Origin: Octopus vulgaris
Lineage: Eukaryota
Length of the DNA: 64,000 nt
Direction: 5' to 3'
Assembly (NCBI GenBank): GCA_951406725.2
Contig: OX597842.1
Span: 19,096,001-19,160,000 of the forward strand
Part shown: in pieces, positions 1 to 10,829 of the stretch
How positions within the stretch are numbered: position 1 is the stretch's first letter
Layout of the letters: the number at the start of each line of letters is the position of its first letter
Position numbers and translations under genes: made by a program
Notes under the pieces: generated by a model
The model's input: the letters and a program-made list of their open reading frames with translations, nothing else
The model's database searches: none
What the model was told of the DNA's origin: nothing

Positions 1-1791
1 CATTGTGATATCTGTGGTAAACCATTCTCTCGTAATAGTAATTTGGTTGATCACAATCGCGTTCATAGAAGAGAGAGACCATATCATTGTGATATCTGTG
101 GTAAACCATTCTCTCGTAATAGTAATTTGGTTGATCACAATCGCATTCATAGAAGAGAGAGACCATATCATTGTGATATCTGTGGTAAACCATTCTCTCA
201 TAATAGTAAGTTGGTTGATCACAATCGCATTCATAGAAGAGAGAGACCATATCATTGTGATATCTGTGGTAAACCATTCTCTCGTAATAGTAATTTGGTT
301 GATCACAATCGCGTTCATACAGGGGAGAAAGCATATCATTTTGATATCTGTGGTAAATCATTCTCTCGTAATAGTAATTTGGTTGATCACAATCGCATTC
401 ATAGAAGAGAGAGACCATATCATTGTGATATCTGTGGTAAACCATTCTCTCGTAATAGTAATTTGGTTGATCACAATCGCATTCATAGAAGAGAGAGACC
501 ATATCATTGTGATATCTGTGGTAAACCATTCTCTCGTAATAGTAATTTGGTTGATCACAATCGCATTCATAGAAGAGAGAGACCATATCATTGTGATATC
601 TGTGGTAAACCATTCTCTCGTAATAGTAATTTGGTTGATCACAATCGCGTTCATAGAAGAGAGAGACCATATCATTGTGATATCTGTGGTAAACCATTCT
701 CTCGTAATAGTAATTTGGTTGATCACAATCGCGTTCATACAGGGGAGAAAGCATATCATTTTGATATCTGTGGTAAATCGTTCTCTCGTAATAGTAATTT
801 GGTTGATCACAATCGCATTCATAGAAGAGAGAGACCATATCATTGTGATATCTGTGGTAAACCATTCTCTCGTAATAGTAATTTGGTTGATCACAATCGC
901 ATTCATAGAAGAGAGAGACCATATCATTGTGATATCTGTGGTAAACCATTCTCTCGTAATAGTAATTTGGTTGATCACAATCGCATTCATAGAAGAGAGA
1001 GACCATATCATTGTGATATCTGTGGTAAACCATTCTCTCGTAATAGTAATTTGGTTGATCACAATCGTGTTCATAGAGAGAGACCATATCATTGTGATAT
1101 CTGTGGTAAACCATTCTCTCGTAATAGTAATTTGGTTGATCACAATCGCATTCATAGAAGAGAGAGACCATATCATTGTGATATCTGTGGTAAACCATTC
1201 TCTCATAATAGTAAGTTGGTTGATCACAATCGCATTCATAGAAGAGAGAGACCATATCATTGTGATATCTGTGGTAAACCATTCTCTCGTAATAGTAATT
1301 TGGTTGATCACAATCGCATTCATAGAAGAGAGAGACCATATCATTGTGATATCTGTGGTAAACCATTCTCTCGTAATAGTAATTTGGTTGATCACAATCG
1401 CATTCATAGAAGAGAGAGACCATATCATTGTGATATCTGTGGTAAACCATTCTCTCGTAATAGTAATTTGGTTGATCACAATCGCATTCATAGAAGAGAA
1501 GACCATATCATTGTGATATCTGTGGTAAATTCTCGTAATAGTAATTTGGTTGATCACAATCGCATTCATAGAAGAGAGAGAGAGACTCGTAATAGTAATT
1601 TGGTTGATCACAATCGCATTCATAGAAGAGAGAGACCATATCATTGTGATATCTGTGGTAAATCATTCTCTCAAGAGAGTCATTTGGTTTATCACAAACT
1701 TATTCATAGAAGAGAGAGACCATATCATTGTGATATCTGTGGTAAACCATTCTCTCGTAATAGTAATTTGGTTGATCACAATCGTTCATAG
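1..1791 (+). CDS. Tandem C2H2 zinc-finger array, 5'-partial (about 18 in-frame fingers, then degenerate)
   Basis: Frame +1 is open from base 1. The 28-aa unit YHCDICGKPFSRNSNLVDHNRIHRRERP repeats every 84 bp (CxxC...HxxxH). Indels begin near 1500 and the frame stops at 1791. Confidence 0.9.
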   Translation, partial: HCDICGKPFSRNSNLVDHNRVHRRERPYHCDICGKPFSRNSNLVDHNRIHRRERPYHCDICGKPFSHNSKLVDHNRIHRRERPYHCDICGKPFSRNSNLVDHNRVHTGEKAYHFDICGKSFSRNSNLVDHNRIHRRERPYHCDICGKPFSRNSNLVDHNRIHRRERPYHCDICGKPFSRNSNLVDHNRIHRRERPYHCDICGKPFSRNSNLVDHNRVHRRERPYHCDICGKPFSRNSNLVDHNRVHTGEKAYHFDICGKSFSRNSNLVDHNRIHRRERPYHCDICGKPFSRNSNLVDHNRIHRRERPYHCDICGKPFSRNSNLVDHNRIHRRERPYHCDICGKPFSRNSNLVDHNRVHRERPYHCDICGKPFSRNSNLVDHNRIHRRERPYHCDICGKPFSHNSKLVDHNRIHRRERPYHCDICGKPFSRNSNLVDHNRIHRRERPYHCDICGKPFSRNSNLVDHNRIHRRERPYHCDICGKPFSRNSNLVDHNRIHRREDHIIVISVVNSRNSNLVDHNRIHRRERETRNSNLVDHNRIHRRERPYHCDICGKSFSQESHLVYHKLIHRRERPYHCDICGKPFSRNSNLVDHNRS

Positions 1792-2393
<602 letters not shown>

Positions 2394-2474
2394 TAGTTGT
2401 TGTAATTCATTTTTTGGAAATTGTGTTGTAACTACACACGAAAATGTTCATACCAGACACAACCTATGTAATAT

Positions 2475-2850
2475 TCATCATTGTTCGACCGTGGTCGAGA
2501 CAATGGAATTTACTATGCTACGCCAGACTTCACGGTCCATCATAGCATTACGGAGGTCTTGTTGCTGGATGCCTGTATCCTTGGAGATTACATCAGGGTA
2601 GGAGAGTGTGCACCCTCTGGTATCGCGAGCAGATGGCTTCCAGTGGAGAAGAGTAGAAATTGCATCGTTTTCAGCTCTACAACAATGTCCAGCAAACTGG
2701 ACTCTTCTACCTTTCACAAGAGATGACACAGGTGGTAGTTTCCCATATATTTGTACTTTGGTTGTTGTAGAGCTGAAAACGATGCAATTTCTACTCTTCT
2801 CCTCTGGAACCCATCTGCTCGCGATACCAGAGGGTGCACACTCTCCTATC
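2475..2850 (-). mobile_element. RTE-clade LINE 3' fragment with internal inverted duplication
   Basis: The translation RRVQFAGHCCR...LLHWKP...DREVWRSIV matches the typical RTE ORF C-terminus, followed by a short TGA tail. 2599-2686 is inverted at 2762-2848. Confidence 0.7.
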
Positions 2851-3630
2851 ATTCTCTCGAAAAAGCCACATGCATAAACATGTGGTTATTCACAGAGACG
2901 TGTTACTGTCTCAATATCAAAATTTATTAAGTTATAACGATAATTAACACTATTTGGTCTGCTAAAACACAGGCTTTTTCCTTTCATCAGTTATAGGAAT
3001 TTCTTAATAAAGAATAATGAATAAAATATCTATTTTGTGTTTGTTTTTTTTTGCTCTATATCTGGACCCTGTTCCCTTTCTACCTTAAACCTGTCAACTG
3101 GCACAAAGTGACGTTCCTTCAATACTACCTTCCTCCCTGCCAGTTTTGAGATGTTTTGTCTTGCAAGGTCCTTGGGGACGCTGTCGGTTTTGTTGTCACA
3201 TAAAAAAATAAAAAATAACACCCAGTGCACTCTGTAGAAGGGCTGACATTAGGAAATGCATTCTGCAGTTGAAGTGTTAGTGACAGGATGTTGTCTGTTT
3301 TAGATGCAGCAAATGATTTTAGCTCAATAGAGGGCATAGGATTGGTTAAAATTCGAAAAATTAAACTATGTTAAACTTACAAATTACAATTTTCCCAAGA
3401 AAGCCAAGAGAAAAAAATGTTTTATTTTGACACATTCTACCAGTATACGAAGTTTAAATGAGTTTAGTTAACTAGAAATTGTGTTGAAAACTGCCGTTGA
3501 AAAGGAAAAGATCCCATTTTTGTAATTCTTTGTACTGTTATGTCGTTTTCTATGTTCGATCTCAGGATCATAATAAAGATTTTATCACTGTGAGATTTTC
3601 TATTTAGCGTTTTAGCTAAACAAATATATT

Positions 3631-3715
3631 CTTACAGGAGAGAAGATATATCAGTGTGAGATCTGTGGCAAATCATTCCCTCAAATGAGCGCCTTGACAC
3701 ACAATACAGATGTTA
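3631..3715 (+). pseudogene. Isolated degenerate C2H2 finger remnant
   Basis: Reads LTGEKIYQCEICGKSFPQMSALTH, with the second His missing. Confidence 0.55.
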
Positions 3716-4580
3716 ATAGAATAAAACTGTGGGGGAAACTGGAGGGAATCCCACCAGTCAGTAGAGCCATCTAGGAGACAATTAGAGAAATACTATGAAA
3801 CGAAGGAAAATAACTTCTATAATACTTCATTCCGTCCGTCGATAGGTCGGCAACGAAACGGCGCGCTTTCACTCTTGATGACATCAATTAAAAGGCAGTG
3901 CTCCAACTGAAACAAGTAAAAGAGTAAAGAGTAAGAGTATTAGGAAATGCATTCTGCTGTAGAAATGCCAAATCAGATAAGGGAAACTGGTGCAGCTCAT
4001 GGCTTTGTCAGTTCTGGTCAACCTATCCAACATATGCCTGTACGGAACACAGACATTAAATTTTGATGAAGAAAGCATGTATAGTGTGGTGTTATGGGCT
4101 GTGATGAGCTATGTGGTGTTGGTGGAGAGGATTGCAGATGAGGTTTTCAGAAATGAAGACTGCAGGGGCCGGAGTAACAGCCACGGGGCATGCATGGGCA
4201 GGAAGTTCAAGGAGAGACAGCAGCGTGCAAGGACATGTTTATTTCTTGACAGTGATTGCTCATCCCACCTAGGTCAAAAGGTAAGGCCTTTTGTATTTCT
4301 TTCTCCAGGTAAGGGTGATTAGGTGATGGTCTAGGGCTTAGGGGCAGGAGACCCCAGACCTTCGAAAAAAAAAAATAACTGTGGTCGTCTTGTAGTCGAG
4401 GGCTCTTCGTTGACGCCCGACACCACTGGGAGGTGGCCCTCGAAGTCGCTGGAAATGGAGATCTCCAGGTCCAATTCTTGAACGGCGCAGTCCTGGTCAA
4501 ACCGTCCGAAACATGTCAACTTGGACAATGGACATTAAATGATGATAATGATGATGACTTTGGTTAAACCGAGATATTGC

Positions 4581-4790
4581 TGAAGGCGGCAAGCTGGCAG
4601 AATCGTTAGCACGTTGGGCGAAATGCTTAGCGGTATTTCGGCAGCCGCTACGTTGTGAGTTCAAATTCCGCCCAGGTCGACTTTGCCTTTCATCCTTTCG
4701 GGGTCGATAAATTAAGTACCAGTTATGTACTGGGGTCAATGTAATCGACTTAATACCTATGTTTGTCCCCTTGAGGGTAATAAAGAAATA
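4581..4790 (+). mobile_element. tRNA-derived SINE with Meta-domain-like core (another copy at about 25250-25445)
   Basis: A box (AGCTGGCAGAATCG) and B box (GAGTTCAAATTCC), then GACTTTGCCTTTCATCCTTTCGGGGTCGATAAATTAAGTACC. Confidence 0.7.
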
Positions 4791-5140
4791 GGTATAGCTG
4801 AAGGCACTTGCTCAATGTGCTCTGCATTGGGATTGAACCACAAACCATGAGGTTGGAAAGAAAGTTCCTTACCACACAAACACGCCTGTCTGCATTTATT
4901 GACTGTTTGGTTGTAGGTAATCCCTGGTGCGAATGCATGTTCATAGAAAAAGCTATAATTATTATAGGCGTAGGAGTGGCTGTGTGGTAAGTAGCTTGTT
5001 TACCAACCACATGGTTCCAGGGTTCAGTCCCACTACATAGCACCTTGGGCAAGTGTCTTCTATTATAGCCTCGGGCCGACCAAAGCCTTGTGAGTGGATT
5101 TGGTAAATGGGAACTGAAAGAAGCCCATCGCATATATATA

Positions 5141-5520
5141 TAGGAGTGGCTGTGTGGTAAGTAGCTTGCTTACCAACCACACAGTTCCGGGTTAAGTCCA
5201 CTGCGTGGCACCTTGGGCAAGTGTCTTCTACTATAGCCTTGGGCCAACCAAAGCCTTGTGAGTGGATTTGGTAGACGGAAACTGAAAGAAGCCCGTCGTA
5301 TATATATGTGTGTGTTTGTGTGTCTGTGTTTGTCTCCCCAACATCGCTTGACAACCGATGCTGGTGTGTTTATGTTCCCATTACTTAGTGGTTCGGCAAA
5401 AGAGACCAATAGGATAAGTACTAGGCTTACAAAGAATAAGTCCTGGGGTCGATTTGCTCGACTAAAAGGCGATGCTCTAGCATGGCCGCAGTCAAATGAC
5501 TGAAACAAGTAAAAGAGAAA
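5141..5520 (+). mobile_element. Abundant tRNA-derived CORE-like SINE, near full length (partial copy 4967-5135)
   Basis: Head GGAGTGGCTGTGTGGTAAG...GGTTxAGTCCCACT, CORE-like CACCTTGGGCAAGT, internal TA/TG microsatellite, tail CAGCATGGCCGCAGTCAAATGACTGAAACAAGTAAAAG. Related copies lie at 15575-15915(-), 17048-17440(+), 17995-18300, 23915-24435(+), 49420-49665(-) and 60355-60800(-). Confidence 0.85.
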
Positions 5521-5729
5521 GAGAAAGGGTTACATTCTCTCTATAGATTCTCTCTATAAAGGAGCTAATTTTGAATTCCCATATACAAAGTAAACAATCA
5601 GGTGGGGTTGGTTGTATTTAACAGGAAAAAACTAACCAAATAAGGGAGTATGGAATTTTAAATATTGGGGACTAAAATTAATATCAAACTATCCATAATC
5701 AATACAGCTTAGATATTAGTATGAAAGAA

Positions 5730-6050
5730 ATCATCATCATCATTTACTGTCCGTTTTCCATGCTAGCATGGGTTGGATGGTTCGACTGGGCTATGGGAAG
5801 CCTGGAGGCTGCACCAGGCTCCAGTCTGATCTGGTAGTGTTTCTACAGCTGGATGCCCTTCCTAACGCCAACCACTCCATGAGTGAAGTGGGTATTTTTT
5901 AGTGCTACCGGTACAGGGGCTGCATGAGGCTTGGCAAACAGTTCCAATTGGTTGATGCTTTTGTGTGTCACCGACATGGACGCCAGTCAGGCGGCGCTGG
6001 CATCTTCCACGTTTGGGTGGTGCTTTTTACGTGTCACTGGCACGGGTATC
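5730..6050 (-). mobile_element. SINE-like retroposon with (ATG)n tail (copies 13750-14052(+), 22510-22805(-), 26217-26505(-))
   Basis: All copies share GAGTGGTTGGCGTTAGGAAGGGCATCCAGCTGTAGAAA and a terminal (GAT)n repeat. Confidence 0.65.
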
Positions 6051-6662
6051 TTGAAAGAAATGTTTGAAGAAAATGTTCTGAGTGCAGTAGCTGCAGCTTG
6101 TCGGCTGGAAGGCGGTGGGTCGAGGCCGTATATCATGCACAATATGAGGGCTCAACAAGACATGGTTTTCAGCCCCGATGGTTACCCCAATGTCACTGGA
6201 GAGAGAGCATTTGTAGGTAGTGTGGAATTGCAACAGATGCTAATCCGTCAACCCAGCACACAAAACAGGAATGATTTGGGTGGAAGGAGACCGGAATGGG
6301 GTAGCCATTGACATCATGAACTATTGGGAAAATGTAAACCCCTCAATGGTCGACTGTGGTCCAGAGCAGATGGCTATATGGAGAGAGTGCTGCTGAAATT
6401 GCCAGAAGACAATGGAGGTAGTCTTCTGGTACAACATACCGTCCAGGGTAGGGCAAACCGAAGAGTCTGCCTCGAAAAGAGCCATATTCTAGTGAAAAGG
6501 GAGACATCTCAGCATGGTGTCTGTACAGTTCGAAGACGAGGTGTGGGTGAAGACCCTGAATGCTTGTGTAGGGCACTGGCCATAAATTTATAACAGACGG
6601 ACTATAGACAGGAACCTCACAGCAGGCTACTTAGTGAGTTGCTCTGCAGAGAAGGGACTTCC

Positions 6663-7032
6663 GATCTTTTCCGTTTGACCGGCAGTTTTTTCTAGCGGTG
6701 TCATATGAAATTGTCACCCATAATTATGACCCTAGTATTGATCATTGCATTTCAATCTTATTTAGCGATAGGGGTGGGGGGAAGGGTATCTTTTTCTTCA
6801 GAAATGTAAATAAACCCAATCTGTTTCTTAAACGAAATATTCTTACAGAATGTTTTCACCTTAGTAGACGTCATTGATTGGTTGAAATTGAAGAAAAAAA
6901 CAACAAATATCTTACAAACTATAGAAAAGAAAAATATGTTTTATAAACACATTCTACCGGTATACGAAGTTTAAAAAGTGTTTAGTTACGTGGAAATTAA
7001 TTTAGAAAACTGCCGGTCAAACCGAAAAGATC
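6663..7032. mobile_element. MITE with TIRs of about 27 bp
   Basis: GATCTTTTCCGTTTGACCGGCAGTTTT ... AAAACTGCCGGTCAAACCGAAAAGATC. Related pieces at 3350-3515, 7858-7960, 16300-16520 and 20070-20740. Confidence 0.7.
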
Positions 7033-8189
7033 CTAGAGTATACTAGTACGCTTTGTTAAAATAATCTGGTGAGAATATAAAAAAAACTTGAAGATGGAGT
7101 TATTGACAGAAAGGGACAAAGTTAAAAAAACACCGTAACGAATCCAACAAGTCAGTAGCGCTCTCTATTGGAGAATTGAGGAAATACTATCATATCAAGG
7201 GACACAACTTGTACAACACATCAACCACGAGGCCAAAGTAGCTAATTAGGGAAGTTAATTAGGGAGGTTAATTACCGATCACTGAGTCGCTGTTTATTTG
7301 TGAATACGGTAAGTTGACACAGATTTACTTTAAGGCTGTAATAGTGTTGATAATACTACTAATAATAACGTAAATAATAGAATTCTGTGAACCTCTCGAT
7401 GTTACAGTAATTATTTTTCCAAGCGGGAACCTGACAATAATTAGGAAAATATATTTGTTCGTCTTAATTAATAATTTCCAAACTGAAATGTTGATCTGTT
7501 GTTTATAAAATACTATGACCGACTGATACATGTGATATAAAGTAAATTAGTTGGTAAAAATGAATGTAATGTGGTATAATTTAGTAAAATGAGAAGAAAC
7601 CGATTGAAGAATTCCACATTAATTAATTCTGTCCCGTTGTTAATTAGGCATTGATAAAACGGTAAGTTGATGAAGGTTTGCTTTAAGGTTATATTAATAA
7701 TCGTAATGGTGGTTTCAAATTTTGACGCAGGGCCAGCAATTTTTTTAGGGCGAGTGGGAGTCGATTACACGGACCCCAGAATTTCCTGAAAGGGATGAAC
7801 GGCAAAGTGAACCTCGGCTGTATTTGAACCCAAGACTTACTGTCGAGATCGACTCTGGGATCTTTTCGGTTTGAACGGCAGTTTTTAAAAACATTTTCCA
7901 CGTAACTAAACAGTTTTAAACTTCGTATATTGGTAGAGTGTGTTGATAAAACATGTTTTTCTCAGGTTAATATAGGGCGTTACGATTATCAGAAAATCAA
8001 AAAAAAAAATGTGTGTAATAGGTGTAAAACAACTTCCTATGAACGAATATGAAAAAAAAAATTCGCGCACGCGAAAGGGGGGTGGGGGAGAGGCTTCGGA
8101 AATTTCACATCTTCAGTCCACGGCCTTTAAACTAAGAAAAAATAGTGTAATTGGTGTAAAACTACTTGTTCTAAACGAGTATCAAGAGC

Positions 8190-8900
8190 ACGTGGGAAAA
8201 ATGGAAACGAAAATGTGTAACAGTTGTAAGCCATCGTATATTGACGGAATAAGACGGGAAAAAAGCGCGCTGACGGATGGGGGGGGGGGGTCGGGAAATT
8301 CCCAGGATCAACCGTAGAGGATCCACGCCCAGGTGGCAAAAATGGAAAAAAATATGTGTAACAGGTGTAAGGCATCGTATATTGAAGGAATATGACGAAA
8401 AAAAAGCGCGCTGACAAACGGGGGGGGGGGGCTCGGAAAATTGCCTACGATTTAAAGAAAAATTTACCATCAATTTTCACCACTGTGTTTCTGATTCGCG
8501 ACCCCATGTCGAATTTATCGATTTTTTTCAGAACTGGGGGAACTTTTCAAAATTTTCGCTGCGTTAGTTTTGAATTATGACATTGGGCTATGTGTGTGAA
8601 ATGCGTTTAAAATGGTCAAAATTGATGGTAAATTTTTCTTTAAATCGTAGGCAATTTTTCCGAGCCCCCTCCCCCCGTTTGTCAGCGCGCTTTTTTTTCG
8701 TCATATTCCTTCAATATACGATGCCTTACACCTGTTACACATATTTGTTTCCATTTTTGCCACCTGGGCGTGGATCTTCCACGGTTGATCCTGGGAATTT
8801 CCCTCCCCCCCCGTTTGTCAGCGCGCTTTTTTTCCGTCTTATTCCGTCAATATACGATGCCTTACAACTGATGCACATTTTCGTTTCCATTTTTCCCACC
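8190..8900. repeat. Long inverted repeat (arms of about 285 bp) built of about 140-bp subunits
   Basis: 8190-8478 is the reverse complement of 8618-8900, with a spacer of about 140 bp. Confidence 0.85.
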
Positions 8901-9794
8901 GGGTGCGGATCTAGATATTAACCAAGAAACTAATCGGTTACCAACTAGTCTCCGTGATTGTTTTAAAATCCACCCTAACCCTAATTTATATACGCATCTA
9001 GGGACTACTAGCGAACAGCTATATATATACACATGTATATATATATATATATGTATACACATGTATATATATATATATACATGTATAGACACATCTTTAA
9101 TTAAACTATTGACCGCCTTAAAACGGGTTTCAACAGACAAATATTACTATAATGGATAATATAAGCATAAATACAGACACACACATTAGTCAGACGACAC
9201 ACACATTAGTCAGACATATAGCCACATATACACGTGTGTATAATTGGTACGTAAATAAACTGCATAAATTAGCGATGGTACTGACGTACTTTCACTTCCG
9301 CTAGTGGTACCGGTCTCTATTGTATTATTCGCCACTAAACTTCAGTCGTGCTTTTCAAACTTTTTACTGGAGCAGAACCCCCAGGAAACATTCCACTGGC
9401 TCGAGGAACCCCTGAGCAATAATTTAATTGTCTTATGCACACGTATCTGCACAGGAGAATTAAAAATTACTGCCGATTTTAGCAGTTTTTGTAACAGCTT
9501 GCGGAACCCCTGGACTGTACTGGCGGAACCCTGGTTGAAAACCACTGAGTTAGAGGGGAGGGTGTAGAATTTGTGAGAGAGAAAGGCGAGGGACTAAAGA
9601 AAAGTATCCCAGTCTGTCAGCTGGGAGTGTCTTAACAAATATAAGAGAGGAAGACAACTTTTGATGTAATTAGTAGTGCTCTAAGCGGAATATTCCATTT
9701 ACTCCAGAAAGTTACACCGATTGCATCAGCACCTCTAAGGTAAGGGAGAACTTATTAACTAATAATTTTATAATCATTAGTTAAGAAGTTTGCG

Positions 9795-10100
9795 AAAGTT
9801 TTAGTTTTCATATTCTTTAGTCTTTAATCATGTGTGTGTGTGTGTGTATACGCCGATACAAATAGATATTATATATGTGTTTATGTGTGATATATTCTTT
9901 TAGTTTTCATATTCTTCAGTTTTTAATCATGTGTGTGTGTGTGTGCACATCGATACCAATAAATATTATATATGTGTTTATGTGTGATATATTCTTTTAG
10001 TTTTCATATTCTTCAGTCTTTAATCATGTGTGTGTGTGTGTGTCCACATCGATACCAATAAATATTATATATGTGTTTATGTGTGATATATTCTTTTAAA
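9795..10100. repeat. Tandem repeat of about 96 bp x3 containing (TG)n
   Basis: TTAGTTTTCATATTC...TTTAATCATGTGTG...TATGTGTGATATATTCTT occurs three times. Confidence 0.8.
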
Positions 10101-10170
10101 AGTTTTTAGTTTTTGGGCAGCATCCACAGTAGGTACATCATTCACGTGTATATATATGGGTTAATATATG

Positions 10171-10202
<32 letters not shown>

Positions 10203-10209
10203 TACAATT

Positions 10210-10796
10210 GCAGCGTGGAAGGTGTTTATAAGCCATTTAAGAAACACACAAAAGCCGTTCGATTCACTTCAACATTTAAGTTTAATTTGTCAAAATATTT
10301 TCGTCGCTAAAATCCGCGACCTGTTCACTGACAAAGTCCGAGAAAGTAACAGTTAGTTCGTCATATATATGTGTATGTATGCATACACGCATGTATGCAT
10401 GTATGTACGTACATACGCCTGTGTATGTATGTATGTATGTATATATGTATGTGTGTGTATATGCACGCACATACACTCTATAAAACATAAAGCTATAAAC
10501 CTGTAGCGATGGATGGATGTAGAGTGACCACTCATCACAAATTTGATAGCTTTGTGATGAGTGGTCACTCTACATCCATCCATCGCTACAGGTTTATAGC
10601 TTTATGTTTTATAGAGTGTATGTGCGTGCATGTACACACACATACATATATACATACATACGTACATATATATGACGAACTAACTGTTACTTTCTTAGAT
10701 GCAGCACGGACTTTGTCAGTGAACAGGTCGCGGATTTTAGCGACGAAAATATTTTGACAAATCAAACTTAAATGTTGAAGTGAATCTAACAGATTT

Positions 10797-10800
<4 letters not shown>
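10210..10800. repeat. Fold-back of a dispersed repeat family (also 18970-19570 and 46255-46570)
   Basis: Arms at about 10260-10540 and 10550-10790 are reverse complements centred near 10545. Confidence 0.85.
10712..10761 (+). ncRNA. Candidate variant minimal hammerhead ribozyme (G3-C8 core)
   Basis: TTTGTCA-GTGAACA-G-GTCGC[loop]GCGAC-GAAA-ATATTT-TGACAAA. Stem I is 7 bp, stem II is 5 bp and stem III is palindromic. Copies at 19113-19163, 19254-19304 and 46445-46495, plus minus-strand mirrors. Confidence 0.4.
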
Positions 10801-10827
<27 letters not shown>

Positions 10828-10829
10828 GA

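Noticed and set aside
4967-5220. tRNA-like sequences
   Set aside because: These are SINE heads with A/B boxes followed by SINE body, with no full cloverleaf.
5931-6593. GC-richer segment with short ORFs
   Set aside because: Probably a decayed retroelement piece, but I could not recognise any motif to support a call.
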